From NCBI GenBank assembly GCA_963757845.1, contig CAVWTB010000064.1:58233-122232 (forward strand): a DNA stretch of 64,000 nucleotides, read 5' to 3'. Positions within the stretch are counted from its first letter, which is position 1. The number at the start of each line of letters is the position of its first letter. Source of the stretch: an uncultured Alphaproteobacteria bacterium. Its GTDB lineage: Bacteria > Pseudomonadota > Alphaproteobacteria > Rhizobiales > Xanthobacteraceae. The notes beneath the pieces are model-generated. The model was not told where the DNA came from. It saw nothing but the letters and a program-made list of their open reading frames with translations, and did not search any database. A program made the position numbers and the translations under genes. Shown here in pieces: positions 1-11,780 of this stretch.

Positions 1-3000
1 GGTACTGGATCCGCAAGCTCCAGGCGCGGTTCTTCGCCGGCGACTATGCGGCAGCCGTCGAGCGCCGCGGCGACGGCGCAGCGGCTACTCTTGGATATCG
101 CCATGCGCTCTTCGAAGACGGCGGAGCATCATTTCTACGGCGCGCTTGGCGCGGGCCGCCTGCTGCGACTCTGCTCTCGCTGACGAGCGGGCAGCAGCAT
201 CTCGAGGCTCTGGCCGCCCACCACCGACAGCTTCAGATCTGGGCGGAGAATTGCCCGGAGAACTTCGAAAACCGCGCCGCGCTGGTCGGCGCCGAGATCG
301 CGCGCATTGAAGGCCGCGACGCTCGAGGCCATGCGATCTCTACGAACAGGCCATCCGCTCGGCCCGCGCCAACGGCTTCGTCCACAACGAGGCCCTCGCC
401 AATGAACTCGCCGCGCGCTTCTACGCGGCGCGCGGCTTCGAGAAGATCGCGCGCACTCTATCTGCGGAACGCCCGGCACTGCTATCTGCGCTGGGGCGCC
501 GATGGCAAGGTGCGGCAACTCGATCGAGCTCTATCCCCACCTCAGAGAGGAAGAGCCGCGCGCCCGCTCCGACGACCACAATCGGGGCGCCGGTCGAACA
601 CCTCGACCTCGCGACCGTGATCAAGGTGTCGCAAGCCGTGTCGGGCGAGATCGTCCTGGAAAAGCTGCTCGACACGCTCATGCGCACCGCGCATCGAGCA
701 GGCGGGCGCCGAGCGCGGCCTGCTGATCCTGTCGCGCAGGGGCTGAGCCGCGGATCGCGGCGGAGGCCACGACCAGCGGCGATACGGTCGACCGTGCAGC
801 TGCGCGACGAGCCCGTGACCGCGAGCCGTGCTGCCGGAGTCGGTCCTCCATTATGTCCTGCGCACCCGGGAGAGCGTCATTCTCGACGATGCCGCAGCCC
901 AGAACCCGTTTGCCGCCGATCCCTACATCCGTCAGCACCAGGCCCGTTCCATTCTCTGCCTGCCGCTGCTCAACCAGGGCCGAGCTGATCGGCGTGCTCT
1001 ATCTGGAGAACAACCTCGCCCCTCGCGTCTTCGCGCCGGCCCGGATCGCGGTGCTGAAGCTGCTCGCCTCGCAGGCGGCGATCTCACTGGAGAATACCCG
1101 TCTGTACCGCGATCTCGCGGAACGCGAAGCGAAGATCCGGCGCCTGGTCGACGCCAACATCATCGGCATCTTCATCTGGGATCTCGAAGGCGGATTCTCG
1201 AGGCCAACGACGCGTTTCTCCGCATGGTGGGATACGACCGCGAGGATCTCGCCTCGGGTCGCCTGCGCTGGACGGACCTGACGCCGCCGGAATGGCGCGA
1301 CCGCGACGCACGGACCGTTGCCAGAGCTGAAGACGATCGGGGACAGTGCAGCCATTCGAGAAGGAGTATTTCCGCAAGGACGGCAGCCGCGTGCCCGTGC
1401 TGATCGGCGGTGCGCTCTTCGAAGAAAGCAGGAACCAAGGTGTCTCTTTCGTGCTCGATTTGACCGAGCGCAAGCGGGCGGAAGCGGCGTTGCGCGAGAG
1501 CGAGGAGCGCTTTCGTACACTAGTGCAATTCTCCTTCGACGTGTACTGGGAGAGCGACGCGCAACATCGCTTCATCTGCCAGGAGTTCGCCGAAAGCCTT
1601 GCCGATGCACCGAGGCGGGGATCCGAGATTGGCAAGACGCGATGGGAAGTGCCCTACCTGGAGCCTAATGCGGAAACCTGGCGCAAGCACCGGGAGACGC
1701 TCGATGCCCACCTCCCATTCCGCGATTTCGAGCTCGCGCGGCCTACGCCCGGCGGCGGCAGGCGCTACGTATCCGTTTCGGGAATGCCGGTGTTTGACGA
1801 GAGCGGGCGCTTCATCGGCTATCGCGGCGTCAGGCGGCACATTACCGAGCGCAAGCAAGCGGAAGCAGCGCTGCGAGAGAGCGAGGAGCGCTTTCGCACA
1901 CTCGTGCAATTCTCCTTCGACGTGTACTGGGAGACTGATGCGCAGCATCGCTTTGTCCGCCACGAGTTCGCCAGAGACCTCGCGCCGGCGTCGGGCGTGG
2001 AGATTGGTAAGGCGGCCTGGGAATTGCCCTACCTGGAGCCTGACGCAGAGACCTGGCGCAGGCACCGGGAGACGCTTGACGCCCACCTGCCGTTCCGCGA
2101 TTTCGAGCTCGCGGTCCCTGGCCGCGACGGCAGCAAGCGCTACATGTCCGTCTCGGGAATGCCGGTGTTTGACGAGGACGGGCGCTTCATAGGTTACCGC
2201 GGCGTCGCGCGACGTATCACCGATCGCAAGAAAGCGGAGCAGGCCTTGCGCGAGGCGCAGAATGGAGCTGGCGCACGTCAATCGCGTGACGACTATGGGC
2301 CAGCTCACGGCCTCGATCGCCCACGAGGTCAATCAGCCGATCGGAGCCGCGGTCATCAACGCTCAGGCCGCGTTGCGCTTGCTGCGCGCCGGCCCGCCCG
2401 ATCTCGAGGAGATCCGGCAGGCACTCGGCCAGATCATCGAGAGCGGCAGACGGGCCAGCGACGTCATCGGCCGCATCCGGGCGCTCATCAAGAAGTCGCC
2501 GCCCCGCAACAGCCGGTTCGACCTGAACGAAGCCATCCTCGACGTCATCGGCCTGACCCGGAGCGAAGTGCTGAAGCATGGTGTCGCGCTGCAGACAGAG
2601 CTCGCGACGAGCTTGCCGTGCGTGGACGGCGATCGCGTCCAGCTGCAGCAGGTGATCCTCAATCTGATCATGAACGCTGCCGAGGCGATGAGCGATCTCA
2701 GAGAGGAGACGCGCGAACTGCTGATCAGCACGCAGACGGACGCCGCGGGCAGGGTGCTCGTTGCCGTTCGGGACACGGGCCCGGGCCTGGATCCCACAAA
2801 TGCGCACCGCGTCTTCGAGGCCTTCTACACCACCAAATCCGCCGGTTTGGGTATGGGCCTGGCGATCTGCCGGTCGATCATCGAGGCGCACGGCGGGCGT
2901 CTGTGGGCAAGCGCCAACGAACCTCGAGGGGCCGTGTTTCAGTTTACCCTGCCTCTAAGAAAGCGACGAGACCGTTCCCGAGTAACATCGCGGCTGCAAG

Positions 3001-3092
3001 CGGCGCGATCTGCACGATTTTTTGTGACGCGGAAGCCTGCACTCCAGCACAAGTCCGTACCAGCAGCTGTCATGGCGCGTGAGTGGGCCTAG
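1..3092 (+). CDS. Multi-domain sensor histidine kinase, 5'-truncated by the window edge (N-terminal kinase-associated helical region, GAF, two tandem PAS modules, HisKA, HATPase_c). Frame broken several times.
   Basis: Three + frames tile into one protein. N-terminal region 'YWIRKLQARFFAGDYAAAVE...YLRWGADGKVRQLD' (1-560). GAF-like 'ELIGVLYLENNLAPRVFAPARIAVLKLLASQAAISLENTRLYRDLAEREAKIRRL' (850-1180). PAS 'ERFRTLVQFSFDVYWESDAQHRF' twice (1500-2230). H-box 'MGQLTASIAHEVNQPI' and G2 box 'GLGMGLAICRSIIEAHGGRLWA' (2290-2930). Frame switches near 620, 830, 1000, 1200-1350 and 2240. True stop uncertain (2950-3092). Confidence 0.8.
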
Positions 3093-3134
3093 TAAGACTA
3101 TTCGTGGGGCGCCCCCACCCGGCCCTGCTTCCCC

Positions 3135-3188
3135 TTCGGGTTACGCAGGGCCACCCTCCCCGCTACTCGCTACGCTCGCGGGGGAGGG
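3135..3188. terminator. GC-rich inverted repeat between convergent kinase (+) and rsmD (-); likely bidirectional terminator
   Basis: 'CCCTCCCCGCtactcgctacgctcGCGGGGGAGGG', an 11-bp perfect stem between two convergent gene ends. No clear T-run. Confidence 0.4.
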
Positions 3189-3743
3189 TTACTTCGCCCG
3201 CAAAATGACGAACTCCGTATCGTCATAGGCGCGCCGCTCGAGCTCCTCAAAACCTTCGGGTGCTGCGAACTTCGCCGACGTTGCCTCTTCGACCACCAGC
3301 AGCGCCTGCGGCGTCAGCCAGCCGCCTTCGCGCAGCGAGGCCAGCGCCTGCTCGGCCAGGCCCTTGCCGTAGGGCGGATCAAGGAAGACCAGCGAGAACG
3401 GCTCGAGCGGATGCACCGGGCCGAGCTTGGTCGCGTCGCGGCGATAGACCTTGGTCACGCCGCCGAGCCCGAGCGCCTCGACATTCTGGCGGAGCAGCGC
3501 CCGCGCCTCGGCGCCGTTGTCGACGAACAGCGTGAACGCAGCGCCGCGCGAAACCGCCTCGATGCCGAGCGCGCCGGTGCCGGCAAACAGGTCCAGCACG
3601 CGCGCATCGCTGACGGGATCGCCATAGGCGTGCATCAGGATGTTGAACAGCGACTCGCGCAGGCGATCGGCCGTCGGGCGAATGTCCCGCGACGATGGCG
3701 AGGCGATCGTCCGCCCGCGCAGCCGTCCGCCGACCACGCGCAT
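3189..3743 (-). CDS. rsmD: 16S rRNA (guanine966-N2)-methyltransferase RsmD
   Basis: Intact 184-aa ORF with 'VLDLFAGTGALGIEAVSRGA', 'FLDPPYGKGLAEQAL'; class I N6-adenine/RsmD methyltransferase motifs. Confidence 0.85.
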   Translation of the reverse strand: MRVVGGRLRGRTIASPSSRDIRPTADRLRESLFNILMHAYGDPVSDARVLDLFAGTGALGIEAVSRGAAFTLFVDNGAEARALLRQNVEALGLGGVTKVYRRDATKLGPVHPLEPFSLVFLDPPYGKGLAEQALASLREGGWLTPQALLVVEEATSAKFAAPEGFEELERRAYDDTEFVILRAK

Positions 3744-3824
3744 CGGTCTAGCGGTCCCTGCGGCGCGCGGTCGCGCTTGCCCTTGTAGCCTGTGGGCGGC
3801 TTGCGGCGCGGCTTGTCGTCGCCG

Positions 3825-5833
3825 TCATCGTCGCGGCCGGAGCGCTCGACCAGCACGCGGCGGCCCTTGCTGTCGGCGATCAGGCCCGCGCGCTTGCGCG
3901 GCTTCTCGGCTGCGTCGTCGGTGCGCTCGCTTTCTTCGTCCTCGCCCGCCGGGAAGCCCGAAATCGGCGCCGGCGGCCGCCGCGATCCGCTCGCCGAGCT
4001 GATCGCGCAGCATGCGGCTGCGCACCTCCTGCACCTCGCCCTCGGCGACCTCGCCAAGCTGGAACGGTCCATAGGACACGCGGATCAGCCGGTTCACCTC
4101 GAGGCCGAGATGCGCCATCACGTTGCGCACCTCGCGGTTCTTGCCTTCGCGGATCGCGAACAGGATCCACACATTGGCGCCCTGGAATCGCGCTCCAGCG
4201 TCGCTTCGATCGGCCCATACTTCACGCCGTCGACCTCGACGCCCTTGCGCAGCTCGTCGAGCTTCTCCTGCTCGATCGCGCCATGCGCGCGCACGCGGTA
4301 GCGCCGCAGCCAGCCGGTGTCCGGCAATTCGAGCACGCGCGCCAGGCCGCCGTCGTTGGTCAGCAGCAGCAGGCCTTCGGTGTTGAAGTCGAGCCGGCCG
4401 ATGCAGATCAGCCGCGGCAAGCCTTCGGGCAGCGAGTCGAACACGGTCGGCCGGCCTTCCGGATCGGCGTGCGTCGTCACCAGGCCTTTCGGCTTGTGGT
4501 AGAGGAACAGCCGCGTGCGCTCGCGCTCCGGCAGCGGCGCGTCGTCGACCAGCACCGTGTCGTGCGACGGTCACGTCGAGCGCGGGCGAAGTGATGACGC
4601 GGCCGTTGACGCTGACCCGGCCCTGCCGGATCCACTCTTCGGCGTCCCGGCGCGAGCACAGCCCCGCGCGCGCCATCAGCTTGGCGATGCGGTCGCCGGC
4701 CTTCTTGGCTTTCGCCGGCGCGGGCTCGGCGCTCGCGCCTGCGAAAATCCCGATCCGGCTTGCGTTCGCGATATTCGCCGCGCCCGCCGAACGCCGGCCG
4801 CTGCTCGTAGGTGCGCTCGCTTCGCTCGTCGCCGCCTTCGCTCCTCGGATGCTCGCGCCAGGCGTGGCTGGTGCGCGTGACCCGGTCGTTGCGCGGGCGA
4901 TCCTGTCGCGGCCGATCGCCTTGCGGACGCTCGTCGCGATCGCGCGAGAAGCGCGGGCGGTCCGTGCCGGACCTGGAATCCCTGCGGTCATCGCGCGGTT
5001 TGCCGCCGAACGGCCTGTCGCCGCGCGGCCGGTCGTCGCGCTTGAATCGCCCGCGGACGGTCACCGTCGCGCTGAAGTCGCGGCGCGGTGGCCGATCGCC
5101 GTCACGCTTGAAGTCGCGCGCGCGGCGGACGATCGCCGTCCTCGCGTTGAAGTCCGCGCGCGCGCGGACGATCGCCGTCGCGCTTGAAGTCACGGCGCGG
5201 CGGCCGGTCGCCGTCCTTGCGGAATGACGGCGCGGCGCATCGCTGCGCGGACGCCGGTCGGCGCGCGCCTCGCCGCCGCGATCTTCGCTCGGTCGCGAAA
5301 TCGCGCTTCGGACGATCTTCGCGGTTGAATTCGCGGCGCGGCGGACGATCGCCGTCGCGCTTGAAGTCACGGCGCGGCGGCCGGTCGCCATCCTTGCGGA
5401 ACGAGGGACGCGGCGCATCGCTGCGCGGACGCCGGTCGGCGCGCTCGCCGCCGCGTTCGTCCCGGTCGCGGAAATCGCGCTTCGGGCGATCCTCGCGGCT
5501 GAACTCGCGGCGCGGTGGGCGATCGCCATCCTTGCGAAAGCCGCCCTCCTTTTTGCCGTACGAACGCTTTTCGCCAAAGCTCTTGCCGCCCTCGCGCTTG
5601 TCGCCGAAACGCTTTCCAGCGGGGCGGTCGCCGCGGCCCTCGCCGCGCGGCGCGCCGTCCCGCTCCTTGCGGAACGAGCCGCCGGCGCGTCCTTCGCGCG
5701 GCTTGAAGCCCTCGCCACCTTTGCGAAAGCCGCCGCCTGCGGGGCGCTTGTCGCGCGCCGCCGCGTCGCTCTCCGCCTCCGCCGCGCGACGGCGGGCCGC
5801 GCTTGCCGGGCGGCCGCTTGTTGCTTCTGTCAT
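3825..5833 (-). CDS. rluB: 23S rRNA pseudouridine synthase RluB-type: N-terminal low-complexity R/G/D-rich extension, S4 domain, RsuA/RluB catalytic domain. Two frame breaks.
   Basis: S4 'IAKLMARAGLCSRRDAEEWIRQGRVSVNGRVITSPALDV'. Catalytic 'LFLYHKPKGLVTTHADPEGRPTVFDSLPEGLPRLICIGRLDFNTEGLLLLTNDGGLA'. C-terminal 'VNRLIRVSYGPFQLGEV'. N-terminal 'FRKDGDRPPRRDFKRDGDRPPRREF' repeats. Frame switches near 4560 and 4190. Confidence 0.8.
5040..5470. repeat. Tandem direct repeat (~177-bp unit, near-identical copies about 5160-5290 and 5337-5460, plus shorter degenerate units) inside the rluB low-complexity region
   Basis: 'gaagtcacggcgcggcggccggtcgccgtccttgcggaa...gcggcgcatcgctgcgcggacgccggtcggcgcgc' occurs twice, 177 bp apart. 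Shorter 'cgcttgaagtcgcg...gatcgccgtc' units lie between 5040 and 5180. Confidence 0.7.
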
Positions 5834-5914
5834 TGTCGCGGGGCATTGAAAATCTCGTGTCTGATGTCTGATCTAGTTCGAGGACCGGTATCGCCGATCT
5901 AAGTCCGGGCATGA

Positions 5915-6466
<552 letters not shown>

Positions 6467-6470
<4 letters not shown>

Positions 6471-6571
6471 CATTGCGAGCGCGAAATATAGCCCGGATGG
6501 AGCGCGCCAATCCGGATTCCTGCGATCGCCTTGTTTCCGCTTGCGCGCCATGCTCGCTGGCTCGCAATGAC
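6467..6571. repeat. REP-type palindromic element (short variant of the family also at 18781 and 60241)
   Basis: 'cattgcgagcgcg...cgctggctcgcaatgacg' terminal inverted repeats. Internal 'agcccggatgg...ccaatccgg' hairpin. Confidence 0.7.
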
Positions 6572-6572
6572 G

Positions 6573-7017
6573 CTACAGCTTCACCTTCATCCCTTCGTGG
6601 CTCTTCTCGAAGCCCAGCGTCTCGTAAAACCGCTGCGCATCCTTGCGCGCCTTGTTGGTGGTGAGCTGCATGTGTCGCAGCCGCGCTCGCGCGCGATCGC
6701 CATCACCGCCTGCATCATCTTGTGGCCGACGCCTGAGCCGCGCCGCGCGCCCTTGACCCGCACGCCTTCGATCTGCGCGCGCCAGAGGCCCCGCTGGCCG
6801 ATGCCGGGGATGACGGTGAGCTGCAGGCAGCCGAGCAGCTTCGCCGTTCTCCTCCCACACATACTGCGTGTTGAGCGGATCGGCGGCGATGGCGTCGAAG
6901 CCCTTGAGATAGGGCGTCAGATCGCTCAGGATCCTCGCGCGTCTTGCCGAGTTCGTCGTCGAGCAGCATCTCGACGATCTGCCTGACCTCGTCCCGCCGC
7001 GCTTCCCTCAACGCCAT
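6573..7017 (-). CDS. GNAT family N-acetyltransferase; frame breaks
   Basis: N-terminal 'MALREARRDEVRQIVEMLLDDELGKTRED'. Core 'LQLTVIPGIGQRGLWRAQIEGVRVKGARRGSGVGHKMMQAVMAIARERGCD'. C-terminal 'MQLTTNKARKDAQRFYETLGFEKSHEGMKVKL'. Pieces sit in three minus frames. Confidence 0.7.
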
Positions 7018-7035
7018 CGCTTGACCGCCCTTGGT

Positions 7036-8631
7036 CTAGAACCGCAGCGCCTTCGCCTGCTTCACATGCGGCAGGGTCAGCGTCTTGCTCAGCACTTCGG
7101 CCGGCACGTCGCCGTCGACCTCGACCAGCGCGATGGCGTCGCCGCCCGGCTCGTTGCGGCCGAGATGGAAGGTCGCGATGTTGACCTTGGCGTCGCCAAG
7201 CAGCGACGCGAACTTGCCGATGAAGCCCGGCTTGTCCTCGTTGGTCACATAGATCATCGACTTGCCGAACTCGGCATCGACGCGGATGCCCTTGATGTCG
7301 ACCAGCCGCGGCTTGCCGTCGTGATAGACGGTGCCGGAGACCGAGCGCTCCAGCTGCTCGGTGCGTCACGGTGAGCGTGATCAGGCTTTCGTAGTCGCTG
7401 GCCGCGGCGCGGGTGATCTCGTCGACCACCATGCCGCGCTCCTTGGCGACCACCGGCGCCGAGACGACATTGATGTCGCCGCCCAGCATCGGCCGCAGCA
7501 GGCCGGTCAGCGCCGCCGACGTCAGCGCCTTGATCTTCATCTCGGCGACCGCGCCCTCATAGGTGATCGTCACCTTGGCGATGTTGCTCTCGGTGAGCTG
7601 GCCGGCGAACGAGCCGAGCTTGTCGGCCAGCTCCACGAACGGCTTCAGCTTCGGCGCCTCTTCCGCCGTGATCGACGGGAAAGTTCACCGCATTGGAGAT
7701 CGCGCCCGTGAGCAGGTAGTCGGACATCTGCTCTGCGACCTGCAGCGCGACGTTCTCCTGCGCCTCGGTGGTGGAGGCGCCAAGGTGCGGCGTGCAGATC
7801 ACGTTCGGATGGCCGAACAGCACGTTGGCGCTGGCCGGCTCCTCGACGAACACGTCGAAGGCCGCGCCCGCGACATGGCCGGAATCGAGCGCGGCGCGCA
7901 GCGCCGCCTCGTCGACCAGGCCGCCGCGCGCGCAGTTGATGATGCGCACGCCCTTCTTCATCTTGGCGATCGCCGCCGCATCGATGATGTTCTTCGTCTT
8001 CTCGGTCAGCGGCGTGTGCAGGGTGATGAAATCCGCGCGCCTGAAGATCTCGTCGAGCTCGACCTTCTCGATGCCGAGGTCCTTCGCGCGCTCCGGCGAC
8101 AGGAACGGGTCGTAGCCGATCACCTTCATGCGCAGGCCCTGCGCGCGGTCGATGACGATCGAGCCGATGTTGCCGCAGCCGATCACGCCGAGCGTCTTGG
8201 CGGTGATCTCGACGCCCATGAAGCGGTTCTTTTCCCACTTGCCGGCTTGCGTCGAGATGTCGGCCTGCGGGATTTCGCGCGCCAGCGCCAGCATCAGCGT
8301 GATCGCATGCTCGGCGGTGGTGATCGAGTTGCCGAACGGCGTGTTCATCACGATGATGCCCTTCGCCGTCGCCGCCGGAATCTCCACGTTGTCGACGCCG
8401 ATGCCGGCGCGGCCGATCACCTTCAGCTTCTTCGCCTTCTCCAGGATTTTTGCGGTGGCCTTGGTCGCCGAGCGGATGGCGAGGCCGTCATAGTTGCCGA
8501 TGATCTCGGCGAGCTTCTCCTTGTCCTTGCCGAGGTTCGGCTGGAAGTCGACCTCGACGCCGCGATCCTTGAAGATCTGCACGGCGGCCGGAGACAGCGC
8601 ATCGGAAATGAGGACTTTGGGTTTGGACATG
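7036..8631 (-). CDS. serA: D-3-phosphoglycerate dehydrogenase SerA (with C-terminal ACT domain); two frame breaks
   Basis: 'MSKPKVLISDALSPAAV...GRAGIGVDNVEIPAATAKGIIVMNTPFGNSITTAEH...GVIGCGNIGSIV' NAD-binding. ASB and ACT domain 'MIYVTNEDKPGFIGKFASLLGDAKVNIATFHLGRNEPGGDAIALVEVDGDVPAEVL'. Frame switches near 7680 and 7370. Confidence 0.9.
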
Positions 8632-8706
8632 TGAGCGTATCCGTTGGTGGATGTTGCTGTTTCGGCGTCACCCGCGGGCTCTGACCCGCGGGTCCATCTC
8701 GATCGA

Positions 8707-8736
8707 TGGATGGCCGGGTCAAGTCCGGCCATGACG
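8707..8736. repeat. Short hairpin repeat GGATGGCCGGGnnAAGnCCGGCCATGACGA (second copy at 30880-30909)
   Basis: Same 30-nt palindromic unit in two intergenic sites (serA/serC and downstream of xseA). Confidence 0.6.
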
Positions 8737-8764
8737 AAGATGAAGATCAGGCAGCACTGCAGAC

Positions 8765-9934
8765 TCAGGCAGCCTTGGCGAGCTGCGTCTTGGTCTCGGC
8801 GAAAGCCCAGTCGAGCCACTGCGTCAGCGCCTCGACGTCCTTTGCTTCGACGGTGGCGCCGCACCAGATGCGCAGGCCCGGAGGCGCGTCGCGGTAGGCG
8901 CCGAGATCGTAGCCCGCGCCTTCCTTCTCGATCGCATCCACCAGCGCCTTGGCGAAGGCCGCCTGCTTGTCGGCGGGAAGCGCCGTGACCTGCGGATCGA
9001 CCACCTTCATGCACACCGAGGTGTTGGAGCGGATCGCAGGATCCTTGGCGAGGAAATCGACCCAGGGCGTTTTCGCCGCCCAGTCGCTCAGCACCTTGGT
9101 GCTGGCGTCGGCGCGCGCCATCAGCCCCTTCAGCCCGCCGACCGACTTCGCCCAGTTCAGCGTGTCGAGATAATCCTCCACGCAGAGCATCGACGGCGTG
9201 TTGATGGTCTCGCCCTGGAAGATGCCTTCGTTGAGCTTGCCGCCCTTGGTCATGCGGAAGATCTTCGGCAGCGGCCACGGCGGATTGTAGCTTTCCAGCC
9301 GCGCCACCGCGCGCGGCGACAGGATCAGCATGCCGTGCGCGGCCTCGCCGCCGAGCGCCTTCTGCCAGGAGAACGTCACCACATCGAGCTTGGCGAAATC
9401 GAGCTTCTGCGCGAACGCGGCCGAGGTCGCATCGCAGATGGTCAGCCCTTCGCGGTCGGCCTTGATCCAGTCGGCGTTCGGCACGCGCACGCCCGATGTC
9501 GTGCCGTTCCAGGTGAACACCACGTCGGACGCCGGATCGACCTTGGAGAGATCGGGAAGCTCGCCGTAGGGCGCCTTCAGCGTCACCACGTCCTTCAGCT
9601 TCAATTCCTTGGCGACGTCGCCGACCCAGCCTTCGCCGAACGATTCCCAGGCGAGCATCGTCACCTTGCGCGGACCGAGCAGCGACCACAGCGCCATCTC
9701 GACGGCGCCGGTATCGGAGGCCGGCACGATGCCGATGCGATAGTCCGCAGGCACCTCAAGCACTTCGCGCGTCAGATCGATCGCGAGCTTGAGCTTGGCC
9801 TTGCCGATCTTCGCGCGATGCGAGCGGCCGAGCGCTGCGTCCTTGAGGTTTTGCGGGGTCCAGCCGGGGCGCTTTGCGCAGGGGCCAGAAGAAAAATGCG
9901 GCACAGATGGCCGCACAGCGGGCTTGGTCGCCAT
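8765..9934 (-). CDS. serC: Phosphoserine aminotransferase SerC (long alphaproteobacterial form), intact
   Basis: 389-aa intact ORF: '[14 protein letters not shown]', '[18 protein letters not shown]', '[25 protein letters not shown]'. Lysine and PLP fold typical of class V aminotransferases. Adjacent to serA. Confidence 0.9.
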   Translation of the reverse strand: MATKPAVRPSVPHFSSGPCAKRPGWTPQNLKDAALGRSHRAKIGKAKLKLAIDLTREVLEVPADYRIGIVPASDTGAVEMALWSLLGPRKVTMLAWESFGEGWVGDVAKELKLKDVVTLKAPYGELPDLSKVDPASDVVFTWNGTTSGVRVPNADWIKADREGLTICDATSAAFAQKLDFAKLDVVTFSWQKALGGEAAHGMLILSPRAVARLESYNPPWPLPKIFRMTKGGKLNEGIFQGETINTPSMLCVEDYLDTLNWAKSVGGLKGLMARADASTKVLSDWAAKTPWVDFLAKDPAIRSNTSVCMKVVDPQVTALPADKQAAFAKALVDAIEKEGAGYDLGAYRDAPPGLRIWCGATVEAKDVEALTQWLDWAFAETKTQLAKAA

Positions 9935-10179
9935 AATAATCTACCCTTCCAGATAGCTGCCTCTCGGTGGGGAGAGGTTTCCCGCCGGCGGATGTATAGC
10001 AAAGCGCCCCCTTCCGCAAGGCGCCAGAATCCCACGCATGCGGCTCTGCGCGGCTTTGGGCAGGCCTCTCGAGGCTCAACGCGCCTTGATCGCGCGGGCC
10101 ATCGTCTCGGTGCGATTCGTCCACACCAGGCCGCCGAACTTCTCCGGCACGAAGCCAGAGAGCCGGCGACGGCCGAAAG

Positions 10180-10758
10180 CTACAGCCCCAGCGCCTTCTC
10201 GCTCGCGGCGATCCAGCGCCGCAGCGCCTTGTAGCCTTCGAGGTGGAAGCCGCCTTCCGGCGCGACGCGGGTGTAGGCGAGCAGCGACACGTCGGCGAGG
10301 GAGAAGTGGTCGCCGGCGAGGTACGGCGTCAGCGCCAGCTGGTGCTCCATCCGCGCCAGCGCCGCATAGCCGCGCTTGATCTTGTCCGGATCGAGGTCGC
10401 CGACCGACTTGCCGAGATAGACCATCTGGAAGCGGCAGACGGCGATGTAGGGCTCGTGGCTGTACTGCTCCCAGAACATCCACTCGTCCATCTTCGCCGC
10501 CTCCCAGGCGACGGCAGGGATCATGTCGGTATCGCGCGCCAGGTAGCGGATGATCGCGTTGGACTGCGCCAGCGTCCGCCCGTCGTCGAACTCGACCACC
10601 GGCACCTGCCCTGCGCCATTGAGCTTGAGGAACTCGATGGTGCGCGTCTGGCCTTTGGTGATGTCGATGTCGATCCAGCGATAGTTCAGCGCGAGCTTGT
10701 CGCACACCCACTTCACCTTCAGGCAGTTGCCGGACTTGGTGTCGCCGTAGATCTTCAT
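10180..10758 (-). CDS. Glutathione S-transferase family protein, intact
   Basis: 'MKIYGDTKSGNCLKVKWVCDKLALNYRWIDIDITKGQTRTIEFLKLNGAGQVPVVEFDDGRTLAQSNAIIRYLA', thioredoxin-like GST N-domain plus C-terminal helical domain. Confidence 0.85.
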   Translation of the reverse strand: MKIYGDTKSGNCLKVKWVCDKLALNYRWIDIDITKGQTRTIEFLKLNGAGQVPVVEFDDGRTLAQSNAIIRYLARDTDMIPAVAWEAAKMDEWMFWEQYSHEPYIAVCRFQMVYLGKSVGDLDPDKIKRGYAALARMEHQLALTPYLAGDHFSLADVSLLAYTRVAPEGGFHLEGYKALRRWIAASEKALGL

Positions 10759-10892
10759 GGCTGGCTCCCGTGTTCTGCGGGCGCGTCATCTTACGCGCGA
10801 GCTAGCTGGGACGGTAGCCGAACAGGGCGCGCTTCAACTGTCAAGCAAAAGCGCACGACGCGACGCACGTGCGCGGCGGCTTCAGAACTTGT

Positions 10893-11621
10893 AGCCGAGG
10901 CCGCCGCGGACCGAGTGGATGCTGGTATTGAGCGTCGAGGTGAGCTGCAGGTATTCGTACTCGGCGCGCACGAACAGCCCGCCGAACACCATCCAGTCCA
11001 GGCCGCCGCCGCGCGGCAAATCCGTGCACGAACTGGTTCTTGGTGTCGATTCCGGAATCGTCGTGGAGCGCCGTGCCGGACGCCGTCACCGTCGTGCTTC
11101 GAACGGTATCGGCGCGTCCGAGACCTGACGCCGGCGAACAGATAGGGCATGAAGCTACCCATGGTGTAGCCGCCGCGCACGCGAATGGTGCCGAAGTCCT
11201 TCACGGTCATCGAACCATCGAAGATCGGAATGTACTGTCCGGATTGTCCGATCAGCGGTGGTCTCGGCGGGTCGCGACACCGGTGAACGTTCCCGTGCAT
11301 GTAGTTGCCTTCGAAGCCGAGCACGACATTCTCGTATTGCGGCGTTGTAGCCGGCAAAGCCGCCGAACATCGATGTCCTGTGGGTCACGTCGTAGAGGAA
11401 CGGCCATGTCGACGTTCGAGGTCGGCACGGGCTGAACTCGTAAAGCCCCATGCTGCTGGAGCCGTAGCCGGCCTGGCCGCCGACGTAGAAGCCCTGCCAG
11501 ATGGTCCGATAGGCCTCGGCGCGGCTCGTGGAACGCGCCGCGCAGGATCGGCAGATCGGCCGCGAACGGCGGTGCCCTGCGCCGCAACCGCGATGAAGCC
11601 TGCAACCAGCAAACGACGCAT
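10893..11621 (-). CDS. Outer-membrane beta-barrel protein (Omp25/Omp31/OmpA-like porin family); multiple frame breaks
   Basis: Signal peptide 'MRRLLVAGFIAVAAQGTA'. 'IWQGFYVGGQAGYGSSS'. C-terminal 'GLGYKF*' aromatic terminus. Fragments in three minus frames. Confidence 0.75.
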
Positions 11622-11704
11622 CAGAAACTCCCAGCCACTTCACTCAACCCGTTGCCGATCATCGCTTGTTAACCTTAATCAATCGTTGTCGTGCGCTTGA
11701 TGCC

Positions 11705-11744
11705 GAAAAGAAAACGGCGCGGACCTGATCAATCCGCGCCGTTT
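11705..11744 (-). terminator. Rho-independent terminator downstream of second porin gene
   Basis: Minus strand 'AAACGGCGCGGAttgatcaggTCCGCGCCGTTTTCTTTTC': 12-bp stem followed by T-rich tract. Confidence 0.65.
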
Positions 11745-11780
11745 GCGTTCGAAGATTTCGTTGGCGCTCAGCCGCGGCGC

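Noticed and set aside
3093-3190. Possible tRNA or small RNA between the kinase gene and rsmD ('ggggcgcccccacccggccctgcttccccttcgggtta...')
   Set aside because: I could not fold it into a cloverleaf with conserved T-loop or anticodon features. It is better explained as GC-rich terminator hairpins between convergent genes.
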